Source: Acidobacteriota bacterium
GTDB taxonomy: Bacteria; Acidobacteriota; UBA890; WLXD01
Length of the DNA stretch: 64,000 nucleotides
NCBI GenBank assembly: GCA_963666055.2
Contig: CAXWPH010000015.1
Span: 288,001 to 352,000 of the forward strand
Direction of reading: 5' to 3'
Part shown: in pieces, positions 20,396-30,950 of the stretch
How positions within the stretch are numbered: position 1 is the first letter of the stretch
How the letters are laid out: every line of letters starts with the position of its first letter
Made by a program: the position numbers and the translations under genes
Notes under the pieces: generated by a model
Database searches by the model: none
What the model was told of the DNA's origin: nothing
Seen by the model: only the letters and a program-made list of their open reading frames with translations

Positions 20396-20456
20396 TTTTA
20401 TAGCCGCCCTGCGGACGGCGTCGCGATTCGACGTCGGCCTACAGATGAAAGAAGGG

Positions 20457-20494
20457 AGCCGCGACGTTTCCCGCGTCGCGGCTTTCTTCTGTTT
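20457..20494 (+). terminator. Rho-independent terminator
   Basis: Stem AGCCGCGACG/CGTCGCGGCT followed by TTCTTCTGTTT, downstream of the RRM gene. Confidence 0.65.
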
Positions 20495-20689
20495 CGTGCC
20501 GCGCCGCGAAGAATCGGCAGATCAGACTCCTTGTTGCAATGCCCGACCCAGCAACGCGAATCCGAGTCCGCGGTTTCCGCCAAGAGCAGCGTGTCTGGGT
20601 CAGTTCGATCACAGCCGGAGTTCAATGTGAGGAGTTCCGACGATACATCGGAAGGCATCTCGCCATCTGGAAACGTGGCGGGACGTCTA

Positions 20690-21379
20690 GTGCGCAGCGA
20701 GAGCGTTCCCGCGCCTGTACAGACAGAGGCAACGATCGTTTTCTTCGGAGATTCGATAACGTTTGGGCAATACATCGATCCGAGGGTGCGATGGACAGCA
20801 CTTGTTGAAAGCTACCTCCGTCGCGCCGGCGAGAGCGAGCACACCTACTGCGTCAACCGAGGCGTGTCGGGAGAGACGACCCGCGATCCTCTCCTTCGCT
20901 TCGCGGTCGATGTACAACACCACGCCCCGGATCTCGTTACGATCCAGTTCGGTTTGAACGACTGCAACTGTTGGCAGACGGACCGGGGGCTCCCGCGGGT
21001 TTCCGAGCGCAGCTTCGAGGCCAATCTCCACGAGATGATCGACCGCACCCGTTGGTTCGGGTCCGAGGCGATCATTCTGTGCACCAACCACACCACGGCA
21101 CGCGAGACTGTTCAGCCTGACGGTCGTCCGTACGAGGCCAACAACCGCCGCTACAATGCGATCATACGGTGCGTTGCCGAGAGTGCCGGCGTGGTGCTGT
21201 GCGACATGGAACAGTCCTTTGCCCGATATGCTGGCGAGGATCTCGCCGCCCTGTTGTTGCCATACCCAGACCAGCTGCACCTCTCGGAGAGCGGCAACCG
21301 GGTGTATTTCAGGACGATATTGCCGTTCGTTGACGCGGCCCTCAGGCGACTCGCCGAGGCGGCGCGCAGAGAGGACTGA
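20690..21379 (+). CDS. SGNH/GDSL hydrolase
   Basis: FFGDSIT, NRGVSG, QFGLND, DQLH; start uncertain (20531-20690). Confidence 0.8.
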   Translation: MRSESVPAPVQTEATIVFFGDSITFGQYIDPRVRWTALVESYLRRAGESEHTYCVNRGVSGETTRDPLLRFAVDVQHHAPDLVTIQFGLNDCNCWQTDRGLPRVSERSFEANLHEMIDRTRWFGSEAIILCTNHTTARETVQPDGRPYEANNRRYNAIIRCVAESAGVVLCDMEQSFARYAGEDLAALLLPYPDQLHLSESGNRVYFRTILPFVDAALRRLAEAARRED

Positions 21380-21381
21380 AG

Positions 21382-22158
21382 TTGGAACGTGCCGGAGATT
21401 GGCAACACTGGGACGATCGTGCCGCCGCGGAAATCCCCGACGCGCACGTGAACATCCACGATGTCTTTCAGCGCGACCTCGAGCTCGAGTTTCTGCTGTC
21501 GAGTTTGGATCAATCCGACACGGTCCTCGAGGCCGGTTGCGGCAACGGCTTCTCAACCGAGAGGATTCGGCGCGTCGTGACGCACGTCGACGCCTTCGAT
21601 GTCTCGCCGCGAATGATCGACCGCGCGCGCCGGGCTCACGGCGAACGCAACAACACGTTCTTCCGAGCCGACGTGCTCGAGCCCATCGATACGGGTCGAT
21701 CCTACGACGCCGTGGTCTGTGTACGAGTGCTAATAAACCTGCCGGATCTCGAGGCGCAGCTACGAGCGCTAGAGAACCTGACCGGGGCGCTGAAGGACGG
21801 CGGCAGGCTCGTGCTGATCGAGGGATTCCGAGACGGATTCGAGGCTTTGAGCGCCGCGCGCGAGCAGCTCGAGATGCCGCCGCTAGAGCCCGCTGCGGTC
21901 AACTTCTATTCCTATTTCGACCAGATCGAGCACTATCTCGGCACTGTCTACGAGTCGGAGTCGACGTTCCACACCGGCGCGTACGACTACTACACTCGCG
22001 TGCTCTATCCGTTGCTGGTCGGGTCGGAGAACGTCGAAGCGGGCTCCGAGTACTCGCAGAAGCTCGCTCGCCTCGCCCGTGACTTCAGCCCGGACAGCTT
22101 CCGGCGCTTCTCGAGGTTGCGTGGGCTACTGCTTCGCAAGATACGCCGTAGGGGCTAG
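21382..22158 (+). CDS. Class I SAM-dependent methyltransferase
   Basis: LEAGCGNG, FDVS, RVLINL, GGRLVLIE; RBS GAGGA. Confidence 0.8.
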   Translation: MERAGDWQHWDDRAAAEIPDAHVNIHDVFQRDLELEFLLSSLDQSDTVLEAGCGNGFSTERIRRVVTHVDAFDVSPRMIDRARRAHGERNNTFFRADVLEPIDTGRSYDAVVCVRVLINLPDLEAQLRALENLTGALKDGGRLVLIEGFRDGFEALSAAREQLEMPPLEPAAVNFYSYFDQIEHYLGTVYESESTFHTGAYDYYTRVLYPLLVGSENVEAGSEYSQKLARLARDFSPDSFRRFSRLRGLLLRKIRRRG

Positions 22159-22177
22159 GAGCCGCCAGGTGGCATGC

Positions 22178-23578
22178 GATGAGTCCCGGTGAGGTAGTGG
22201 CGGGCTAACTACGTGACTACGGTCGCGACGTTCTGTTCCTGTGCGATGATCGCCGCTCCAACGTCCCCGCGCCCGCAAACCGGTGGGCAACCGGGTGACC
22301 AGGAGCTGCTGGAGAGAACGATTGTCGAGACACGAGCTCGGTAGCCATCTCAACGCGACTCCAGCAGGTAGCGAAGCTGGTGCGGATTCGGGAGGCGATC
22401 CAGATCACGGTGCAGGAGGAGCTGGCCGAGGCGTTGGGATGCGAGGCGTACGAGCGCAGCCACGAGCGCCGAGGGTATCGCAACGGCACCCAACGGCGGC
22501 GGGTGACGACGGCCAACGGGCTCCAGGAGTTGGACGTGCCTCGGGGGCGGCTGATCGACGAGGACGGCAATAGCCGGGAGTTCCGCAGCGCGATTCTGCC
22601 GCGCTACGCGCGCAGGACGCTGGAGGTCGACGAGGCGATCCTGGGCGCGTACTTGGCTGGGGCGAACACTCGGCGGATTCGCAAGGCGCTCTCGCCGCTG
22701 CTCGGTGAGGCGCATCTGTCCAAGAGCGCGATCTCTCGGGTGGTGGGCCGCTTGAAGGTGCAGTTCCAGCGATGGTGCGAGCGCGATCTGTCCGAGCAGC
22801 GGTTCAAGATCGCCTACCTGGACGGTTTCCACGTGAAGGTTCGCCCGGCGCGTCGGGTGGTGTCGGTGCCGGTGCTGGCCGCGATGGGAGTGGCGGAAGA
22901 TGGCCGTAAGGTCTTGCTGGCGTTGCGTTTGGCAGCCAGCGAGGCGGGTGTGCACTGGAAAGCGTTCATTGAGGATCTCAAGGACCGTGGGCTGTCTGCC
23001 CCGGAGCTCATCATCGCGGACGGCCACAAGGGGCTCGCCAAGGCGACGGAACTGTGGCCAGAGTCTCAAGTACAGCGCTGCACCCAGGACAAGTGGTAGA
23101 ACCTGGTGGCTCACTGCCCGGCACACGCACGCGCCGAGCACAAGCGGGACTGGGATCGGATCATCTATGCTGCCGATGGCAACGAAGCGCGGGGCGCCTA
23201 TCGGGACTTGCAGCGCAAATGGTCGATTCTCGTGCCGGCGGTGGCTCGCAGCCTCGAGGAAGCGGGGCTGCAGTTGCTGACCTTCTACGAGTTCCCCAAG
23301 TCGATGTGGAAGTCGCAGTGCTCCACCAACGCGCTGGAGAACCTGAACCGCGAGTTCCGTCGTCGCACCAAAACCCAGGGATCGTTCAGTACCGAGGCCG
23401 CGGCCGTCACGTTGCTCTGGGGTCTGATCGCCTTCGGGCAGATCCAGCCCCGGCGCATCGTCGGTTACAAGGACCTTCCCGCCATCACCACCCAGCCGGA
23501 CCAGGCAGCAGCGTAGGAGGTAGGATCAACGGCTAACTCGGAGAGCGTCACGAAAGTCCACAGCTAACGGGACACATC
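22178..23578 (+). mobile_element. IS256 family element; transposase (22380-23516) interrupted by an in-frame TAG at 23097
   Basis: YERS..R.GYRNG, VPR, YLDG, IADG, STNALENLNREFRRRT; imperfect IRs GATGAGTCCCG/CGGGACACATC. Confidence 0.8.
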
Positions 23579-23976
23579 CCGCGAGCCTCACTGGTTGGCC
23601 AAGAGTGCGGAGCGTGCGGCAGGGCGTTCAGTCCGATGGAACCCGTGTCGAGACGAAATTTTCGTGTGGGTGTCAGCTGTCTGGGGTCGAGCAACGACCA
23701 TGTCGAAGCGGACAATCCGTAGCCCTGGCACGTGATCGTCGACGGGTGGCCAGAACAACTTATTCGCCCAGGCTGCTGAAAAACGGCTCGGGCACGCCAT
23801 TTCGGGCTGGTTCGTCTCGATCAGGGTGAATTGGCGGGTCCCGCCTGGGTCGAGGCGATGGTTCGCCGGAATAAGCAGTCAGGGCGTTGCCCGGCGTTTC
23901 GAGAGCCGCGGCAGCCAGGCGGACAGCCTGCGGATCTCGGTCAGCAACGCGAGACGCCAGGCGACCAATTCGGGAG

Positions 23977-24438
23977 TCAGGTCAGTCTTTCGATGTCTTG
24001 CTGATCGATCGGGCGGCCCGACTCGCGCTTCATCTCGATCAGTGTCTCGAGCGTGACCAGCCACAGTTGCCGATCCTCGTGCTGAACTGCATGGCGTGAT
24101 GCGTATGCGGATGCATACGTGCCGCCGTCGGCGATCATGAGGTCCAAGGATAGCGGCTCCTCCCAGCCCTCATCGAGCTTCACAACACGGTACATTCGGT
24201 AGGCGCCGCCACAGAGCGGGATGATGCCGGAGTCGATCGTGAAGCCAGATGCGCGAGCTGCTTCGAGGGCGGCATCCAGATCCTCCGGTGCCACGAGGAG
24301 GTCGATGTCCTTGGTGAAGCGATCGGCACCATAGATGTTCGCCGCGAGGCCGCCACAGAGGGCGTACTGGACACCCGCGTTATCGAGTGCCACCAGCACA
24401 CCGCGGAGCTCGGCGACCAGGTCAGGGATGTTGCGCAT
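23977..24438 (-). CDS. Nucleotidyltransferase (MNT/AbiEii-like)
   Basis: YALCGGLAANIYG..RFTKDIDLLV; LIEMK..SGRPID..D. Confidence 0.7.
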   Translation of the reverse strand: MRNIPDLVAELRGVLVALDNAGVQYALCGGLAANIYGADRFTKDIDLLVAPEDLDAALEAARASGFTIDSGIIPLCGGAYRMYRVVKLDEGWEEPLSLDLMIADGGTYASAYASRHAVQHEDRQLWLVTLETLIEMKRESGRPIDQQDIERLT

Positions 24439-24521
24439 GCCGTCATTGTGCCCCACGAGGGTCATCTCCTGGAGCCAGGTACCTTTCTCATGCCAGTACG
24501 CAGCCATTCGAACACTGGCCG

Positions 24522-25105
24522 GTGCGACTGTTGCCCGAATACTCGTTCGTCGTCCCGATCTACGACGAGGAGAGCGGACTCCGTGAGCTCCATCGCCGCG
24601 TCGCCGACGTGATGGATCGCCTCGACGGGGAGTGTGAGGCAATCCTGGTTAACGACGGTAGCCGCGACGGCAGTGCGGCGTTACTGCCGAGATCCACCGC
24701 GGTGACACGCGGTTCAAGGTGTTGTATCTGTCGCGGAATTTCGGGCACCAGGCGGCGATCACCGCCGGAATCGATCATGCAGCTGGTTCCGCGGTCATCA
24801 TCATCGACGCAGACCTGCAGGATCCTCCGGAGGTTGTGCTCGATATGGCGGCCAAGTGGCGTGAGGGGTTCGATGTTGTGTACGGGATCCGCGAACAGCG
24901 TGACGGCGAGAGCTACTTCAAACGGACCACGTCCACTCTCTACTACCGGCTCCTGCGGAAGCTGCCCGAGGTCGAGATCCCGGCCGACGTGGAGGATTTC
25001 AGACTCGTGGACCGCGAGGTGGTCGAGGCCTTCCGGTCGATGCGCGAGTCCGACCGATTCGTCAGGGGGATGTTTGGCTGGGTGGGGTTTCGTCAGGCCG
25101 GGATT
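24522..25105 (+). pseudogene. GT2 glycosyltransferase (GtrB/ArnC-like), frameshifted near 24688 and 3'-truncated
   Basis: SFVVPIYDEE..VNDGSRD in one frame; LSRNFGHQAA, DADLQDPP, DFRL, RFVRG in the next. Confidence 0.8.
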
Positions 25106-25223
25106 CGCCGCTTCCGCCGGCCCGCTTACGGTGGCCAGGTGTGCGGCGGTAGCGCTCCGGGGACGGCGGCGACTCGAGAAGGCAGAAGCCCGACCCGATT
25201 GCCCCAGCCTCGGGACAGACCCG

Positions 25224-25676
25224 CTACCCGGCGGTCTCTCCCAGTTCCTCGAGGTCGGCCAGGTCTTTTGCGCGTGCGGCCGCTCGCTTGTTTTGCACCA
25301 GATGCTCGCGGCTGAGGAACGGAACCTCCAGCGCCTCCACGACGTGGACGACGCGTCGGTTCCAGGCCTCGCCGAAAGTCACGCCGGAGATCTCGGTCAT
25401 GACGTCGATTCGCCGCGGCGGCAGACCGATTTGGATCACGCGATCCGGCTGGCTGAAATCTGTGACGTCGAGGCCGATCGCTTCGACCGGCGCGCCGAAT
25501 TCGACGAGTGCAGACCAGACGTGAGCCGCATTCTGCGGACTCGCGTCGACCCAGACATCGAGATCACCGGTGGCCCGCGCCACACCGTGTACCGCAAGAG
25601 CGTGCGCGCCGACGACAAGAAACCGGGCCTTTGCGTCGATCATGGCCCGAAGCAGATCGAGGAAGTCGTCGTTCAA
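25224..25676 (-). CDS. Nucleotidyltransferase (MNT-like)
   Basis: FLVVGAHALAVHGVARATGDLDVWV; NKRAAARAKDLAD. Confidence 0.75.
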   Translation of the reverse strand: MNDDFLDLLRAMIDAKARFLVVGAHALAVHGVARATGDLDVWVDASPQNAAHVWSALVEFGAPVEAIGLDVTDFSQPDRVIQIGLPPRRIDVMTEISGVTFGEAWNRRVVHVVEALEVPFLSREHLVQNKRAAARAKDLADLEELGETAG

Positions 25677-25909
25677 GACCCGTACTGGAGGCCCGTTCGG
25701 AGCGAGACGATGCGGACCGGGGACTCACGGCGGGTGTATTCCTGCGCCGGCAGGTCGCCTAGCTGTCTGCAGGTGGCAGTTAGCTCCGCGACCGCTTGGA
25801 GCCGAGATGCCACGCATCCTGATACCAGGGCACGCTCTTGCTCCTTGAGGGAGCTCATGCGAATCGGCCAGTTGGCTCGGCGATTCTCGTCAATGGATGT
25901 GTCCCGCAT
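25673..25909 (-). CDS. Small hypothetical protein coupled to the nucleotidyltransferase
   Basis: 78 aa; stop overlaps the TTG start of the NTase by 4 nt. Confidence 0.55.
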   Translation of the reverse strand: MRDTSIDENRRANWPIRMSSLKEQERALVSGCVASRLQAVAELTATCRQLGDLPAQEYTRRESPVRIVSLRTGLQYGS

Positions 25910-25949
25910 TTCCCAATTATCTCACGGGGATACAGCGTGCGATCGCTTC

Positions 25950-26230
25950 CAGCTCCAGGGCAGTCCTATGAGGAGTGCCGCACCGGGCAGGGCGGTGCGG
26001 GCCCCGACCACGCTGCCTGCGCCAAGTCGTGCGCCAGCAACGGGCAGCCAGTAGCGCTCGTGACCGAGAGCGGCGATGTCTACAGGCTGGCGGGCACGGT
26101 CACCGACGACAACAACGCCGCCCTGGTGCCGCACATGAGCCACACGGTCGAGGTGACCGGCGAGCTGGGCGAGATGGACGGGATTCCGACCATCACGGCC
26201 GCGGCCGTCAAGCACGTCTCGGCCGGCTGA
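25950..26230 (+). pseudogene. 3' fragment of a conserved hypothetical protein (C...HxxCAxxC motif)
   Basis: ECRTGQGGAGPDHAACAKSCASNGQPVALVTESGDVY...VEVTG; no credible start. Confidence 0.45.
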
Positions 26231-26234
26231 GCGC

Positions 26235-26507
26235 ATGCACGTGAGGGCGTTCGCGTTCGCGGCGGTGCTGACCCTTGCAGTCGCCCCGCCGGTGTCGGCG
26301 CAGATCATGGAGATGAACGGGACCTGGGAGATGATTCCCGACAAGTGCCTCGGCTCCTGGCCAGATCAGGAGACCCTGGTGTTCAAGAGTGTCGAGGGCA
26401 TCCAACGCTACGCCGCGACGTGGATCGACGACGACCGCACCCTGATCTCGGTCGGTCGCAGTGCGACCGGGGAAGTTCGTTGGGTGCGGGTCTTCGAAAA
26501 ACAGTGA
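26235..26507 (+). CDS. Small secreted hypothetical protein
   Basis: Signal peptide ending VSA-Q; 90 aa. Confidence 0.5.
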   Translation: MHVRAFAFAAVLTLAVAPPVSAQIMEMNGTWEMIPDKCLGSWPDQETLVFKSVEGIQRYAATWIDDDRTLISVGRSATGEVRWVRVFEKQ

Positions 26508-26590
26508 GTCGGTCGGGCGCCGCATCGAGATGACGAGACGGTTGGACCGGACCGACCCCGCAATCAGAGTCCAGCACACGGGCCTCACGA

Positions 26591-26624
26591 GAAAAGCCGC
26601 GACACCGAGGCGCCGCGGCTCTTC
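26591..26624 (-). terminator. Hairpin/terminator adjacent to repeat copy 1
   Basis: GAAAAGCCGCG...CGCGGCTCTTC. Confidence 0.45.
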
Positions 26625-26786
26625 GAAGTAGCCCTAAAGGTCCCCAGTTGGAACCAGCTACACACCTGGCTAAAACGCTGGGAGAAACTGCGCCGTGGCG
26701 TTGCCTAGCAGCGAGTTACCGGGTCCGGATTGCCGCAGGGACCGCGCCCACACGCGCGCGCACATATCCCCTCGGAGAGTGGAACA
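26625..26786 (+). repeat. 162-bp diverged direct repeat, copy 1 (att-like)
   Basis: Same length as 28870-29031; first 84 bp align without gaps and read EVALKVPSWNQLHTWLKRWEKLRRGVA*. Confidence 0.8.
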
Positions 26787-26952
26787 AGAAAGAGCCTTCG
26801 CGAAAAGGCGCACGCATGCTCTACGAGCCGCATTAAACCCGTTGAGACCACCAAACTCGGCCGATCCGCTGTCTAACGGCCTCCCGTTGCGATGGCCACC
26901 CGGATATCCCGGCAAGCGTTCTGAGGCCTTACGATAGGCTCACAGACAGGAG

Positions 26953-28731
26953 TTGCTGATGCCGGCTGCCGCCTACGCTCACTTACAGGCCAAGTTCGCT
27001 GAGGATCAGTGTGTCGTTCTCGACGGGGGTGTTGCGACTGAGTTGCAGCGGCAGCAGGCGCTTGAGTTCCGGTTGAGTGACCGGGAGCACTGGGGTTTCG
27101 AGTCGCTCGAGCACATGCCGCAAGCGGTAGAGGCCGTGCACCACAGTTACGTTCTGGCGGGTTGCGATGTGGTCACGACCAACACCTACGGCATTCTTGA
27201 AGCCCCAGCCCCGGCAGGCCTGCAGCGACCGATTAACCTGCGCACTCGCCCATTGCACTGGATGGACCTGGCGCGGAGATCCGTTCGTCTGGTGCGCAGT
27301 GCCATCGAAACCGGCAACAAGCAGGACCAATGTGCCGTTGCCTTTAGCATCGGCGGAGACGTCACCACGAAGGATCAGCTGGAAACTATCGAGTTGGTCG
27401 TTCGAGCCCTCGAGCAAGAGCCACCCGACCTGGTGCTGTTCGAAACTCTGGTGATGCTGGAGGATGCGCACACGGTTCGCGCCATCGAGCTGCTGCTGGA
27501 AGCAGGCTTGCCGGTGTGGATGGCGTTTCGACGGTGCAGGCAAGGGCCGTGTGGGATTCACGGCCAGCTCTGGGGCGGTCCGGAGGGTGATTTCTTCGGT
27601 CGGCTGGCGCGCCGCCTGGAGGAGATCGGTGTTGGGGCGATCCTGATCAATTGCATGCCGTCTGACCTCATTTCGGGGACCATTCCTTGGCTGCGCGACT
27701 TTACCGATCTGCCCTTGGGGGCCTATCCGAATCTCGGCCGTTATTCGGACCCAGGTTGGCGATTCACTCATGTGAAGCCCGGCGACTACGCTGACGCGGC
27801 ACTCCGGTGGCGCACCGAAGGGGCTCAGATCCTGGGTGGCTGTTGCGGTGTGGAGCCAGAGCACATCGCTGCAATGGCACAGGCGCTCGAGGGCACGCAT
27901 GCGGGCACCGTCGCCGACAACTCCACTGCGATTGATCGCTCCGGGCGCGGTCTAGCCTCTGGCGATCCAGGCGAGGCGGAGTCCTCAGCCGCCGTCGGAC
28001 CCTGGCTCGACGCCAAGGGTCATCAGATCTATCCGCTGCCGTTGCCCGAGCTGACCTGTGACCCTGACGTCTTCGTGCCAACCCAAGGCAGCTATCTGAT
28101 GTGGAAACACTTGTACAACGAAGGCATTGGCAAGAACCAGCGATGCCTCGACATAGGCTGCGGAACCGGAATCCTTGCCGTGCAACTGGCGCTCAACGGG
28201 GCGAGGCACGTTACTGCGCTGGATATTCAGAAGGTCGCCGTCGCCAACACGCTGACCAACGCGTTCAGGAACGGTGTCGCCGATCAGGTCAGCGGCGAAG
28301 TGACCGACGTGTATGCCTTCGAACCCGAGGAAAAATACGACATCGTCGTGGCAAGCCTGTATCAGATGCCGACCGATCCTCTAGGCAATCTGAGCGGACA
28401 TCGTCCCATCGATTACTGGGGACGTAACCTGCTGGACCACTATCTGGCGGTGCTGCCGAGGATGCTGAAACCCGACGGACTCGGCTACTTCATGCAGATC
28501 TCCTTGCTGAGCCAAGAGCAAACGGAGTCCTTGCTTCGGCAGGCCGGTTTCCAGTCGCGCGTTCTAGATTTCGCCCTCTACCAGTTCACGCCGCTGTTCC
28601 TGGAGAATCTCGAGCACATCCTCCGGGTCGAGGGAATCAGCGACGCGTATCATTTCCGCTTCCGAGACCAGCAGGTGATGGTGATGTACCTGGTCGAAGC
28701 GAGCAGAAAGGACTACGCCTCGGCGACGTGA
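26953..28731 (+). CDS. Homocysteine S-methyltransferase family domain fused to a class I (PrmC/MTS-like) methyltransferase
   Basis: LDGGVATEL, TTNTY, FET, INC, YPN, GGCCG (Zn ligands); linker; then VFVPT, LDIGCGTG, LKPDG. Confidence 0.8.
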   Translation: MLMPAAAYAHLQAKFAEDQCVVLDGGVATELQRQQALEFRLSDREHWGFESLEHMPQAVEAVHHSYVLAGCDVVTTNTYGILEAPAPAGLQRPINLRTRPLHWMDLARRSVRLVRSAIETGNKQDQCAVAFSIGGDVTTKDQLETIELVVRALEQEPPDLVLFETLVMLEDAHTVRAIELLLEAGLPVWMAFRRCRQGPCGIHGQLWGGPEGDFFGRLARRLEEIGVGAILINCMPSDLISGTIPWLRDFTDLPLGAYPNLGRYSDPGWRFTHVKPGDYADAALRWRTEGAQILGGCCGVEPEHIAAMAQALEGTHAGTVADNSTAIDRSGRGLASGDPGEAESSAAVGPWLDAKGHQIYPLPLPELTCDPDVFVPTQGSYLMWKHLYNEGIGKNQRCLDIGCGTGILAVQLALNGARHVTALDIQKVAVANTLTNAFRNGVADQVSGEVTDVYAFEPEEKYDIVVASLYQMPTDPLGNLSGHRPIDYWGRNLLDHYLAVLPRMLKPDGLGYFMQISLLSQEQTESLLRQAGFQSRVLDFALYQFTPLFLENLEHILRVEGISDAYHFRFRDQQVMVMYLVEASRKDYASAT

Positions 28732-28869
28732 TCCGAGAGGGAGAGCTGGACTCCCAGTTCTCAAGCTCGAAATAGATCGAGAAGTAGAAAATAAGTGAAC
28801 GGCGCTGTTGGACAATGCCAGCAGCGCCGTTCTGTTCCGTTCAAGCCCTTGTTAGCCAAGGACTTCTCG

Positions 28870-29031
28870 GAAGTAGCCCCAAGGGCTCCGAGTTGGAACC
28901 AGCTGCAATCGTGGCTGAAACGATGGGAGAAGCTGCGCGATGTGGTCGCCTAGCAGTCGTGCACGGCGTCCGGATGCCTTGAGCGCATGCGCTAGCAAGC
29001 TTCGGACCGCATCCCATCGGGGAATGGAACA
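28870..29031 (+). repeat. 162-bp diverged direct repeat, copy 2 (att-like)
   Basis: Reads EVAPRAPSWNQLQSWLKRWEKLRDVVA*; preceded by hairpin AAGCCCTTG-TTAGC-CAAGGACTT. Confidence 0.8.
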
Positions 29032-29123
29032 GGTAGCTACAGCGATGAACGGTCGAGTGCCGGGGGTGCAGCTACGCTAGTGTTCCTTAGCGGTCAAGAG
29101 GCGGATCCCGACCAGCGCTGTCA

Positions 29124-30598
29124 TCAGCCGCCGAGTCGCAAGCTGACGTCAACTTGCCACGGGCCCTTCGAGACGTCGCCAACCTCCAGGGTGACTTGGA
29201 GGCGCAGCGGGCCAGCGGATAACCGGACGGCCTGGATGGTCAGCGAGTTGCTGCCGGCCGCCAGCTCGGCGCGATGCGTAGCCTCGTTGAGGCTGAGCGT
29301 CGCCGTTCCGTTGGCCGCGGTTGCCGGGAAGCGAAGATCGATGTCGTAATCACCGGGGGTAATGACCTCGAGCTCCCAATAGCCGTTGGAGTCCCGCCCC
29401 CACGGCCGTCCTTTCGTGTGACGCCAGTCTTGTCGGGTCAGTGTGGTGGGAGACTCGTAGGGTGTACCGATCGCGATCCGTGGGGGCAGGTAGTTGTCCG
29501 GACGCGTGTTGCCAACCCCGTCGAACCGAGTGTCGTAGGCGGCAGTTAGCTCTTCGACGATCTCCGGCTCTTTGTCGGCTACATCTTCTAGCTCCAGGGG
29601 GTCGGCCTCCATATCGTAGAGCTCGAACACCGGGTCGCCGTCGAAGCTCTCGCGACCAAAGCCGCTGGGGTGGACGAGCTTCCAGCGTTGATTACGCACC
29701 ATGAAGTTGTGAAAGCGTTGCGGAAGATCGCCCCGGTGAGCCTGTATGACGATGCTGCGATCGGGCCAGTCTGTCGTTTCGCCGGTCAACAGTGGCAGGA
29801 AGCTACGGCCATCGATCCCGATCCCTTCCGGGACCTCCAAACGTGCGGCGTCCAGCAACGTCGGCAGTACGTCGATGTGGGCAGCGACGCGATCCGAGGC
29901 GCGCCCAGCGGCGAGCCGGGCCGGCCAGTGAATAAAGAACGGTGAGCGAACGCCGCCCTCGTATACGTCTGACTTTTGTCCTCGCATGCCGCCCACATAG
30001 CGGCGACCGCTGGGCCCGTTGTCGACCAGAAAGACGACGATCGTATTGTCTGTCAATTCGAGCGAATCCAGGCGTTCGAAGAGCTTCCCGAGGTTGTCGT
30101 CGATGTTGGTGATCATCGCGAAGATGCGGGCGAGCCGGTCGGTATCCGTATCCTCCGGCAAGGGATGGCCTCGATCCTGCGGGAATGCAGCGGCGCTCAA
30201 ATTCATCTGGGAGTATTCGGCCAGCAGGTCCTCCGGAACATCGTGGAAGGGGCCATGCGGCGCGTTGGTGGCGATGTAGGCAAAGAAACTGTCGCCCCCG
30301 TCGTGCTGTTGCTCTATCCAATCCAACGCCCGGTCGAAGATGACGTCCGTGACGTACCCCACCGTCTGAACCGGCTCTCCATTGTGGAAAAGGATGGCGT
30401 CGGTGTATTTCCCTTCGCCGCCGGGCGGGTCCGAAGGTTGACCGATGCCGCCACCAAGGTGAACCAGGGCCTCTTGAAAGCCCTGGTCAACGGCTCGCAG
30501 CGGGAAGGCGTCGCCGAGGTGCCGTTTGCCGAAGATTCCGGTGCTGTAACCGGCGTCGCGCAGGATCTCGGCAATCGTTACTTCCTCCGGCTCCATCA
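29124..30598 (-). pseudogene. Arylsulfatase, N-terminally truncated
   Basis: GYSTGIFGKRHLG, NAPHGP, DNG, YEGGVRSP, DVLPT, ELYD..DP.E; catalytic CxPxR region absent. Confidence 0.85.
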
Positions 30599-30929
30599 TT
30601 GCGATGAGGAAGAAATGTATCGATTGCTCTCGGCGGTCACCCACGGGCACGATTGGGCGATTCGTGGGCTAGGCTTCAGCCCCGCGCTTGAAGGCGATCT
30701 CAGGCCAGCCGTTGGCGGGGTACCTGTGACTATGTTTAAGAAGGCTGTTGACGTCGACAAGCTGGCGTTGCTCGGATTGATCGCGGCGGAAGCGTTTGCC
30801 AAGCCGGTTTGGGACAAGTGCAATTATGCTGGGTGGGATAAAGAGCGGTTGATTGGTGTGCTCGACAGCACATTCGACAAACTTGGACTAAGAGCAAGCG
30901 AGCGTTTTTGGTGTCCACCGAAGGGGTGA
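30599..30929 (+). pseudogene. 3' fragment of a hypothetical protein
   Basis: Lower-GC open frame MYRLLSAVTHG...CPPKG* beginning at the sulfatase junction. Confidence 0.35.
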
Positions 30930-30950
30930 CCTTGCCACTTCGCGCTACCG

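Noticed and set aside
23768-23790. CAGGCTGCTGAAAAAC resembling an IS5/IS1182 end
   Set aside because: Single short motif with no partner IR or transposase.
24387-26054. 555-aa ORF
   Set aside because: Only the first GT2 segment is real; the rest crosses a frameshift and antisense NTase genes.
26625-26660. tRNA gene at the repeat cores
   Set aside because: Only about 13 nt resemble a tRNA 3' end; no cloverleaf. No rRNA or tRNA genes were seen in the window.
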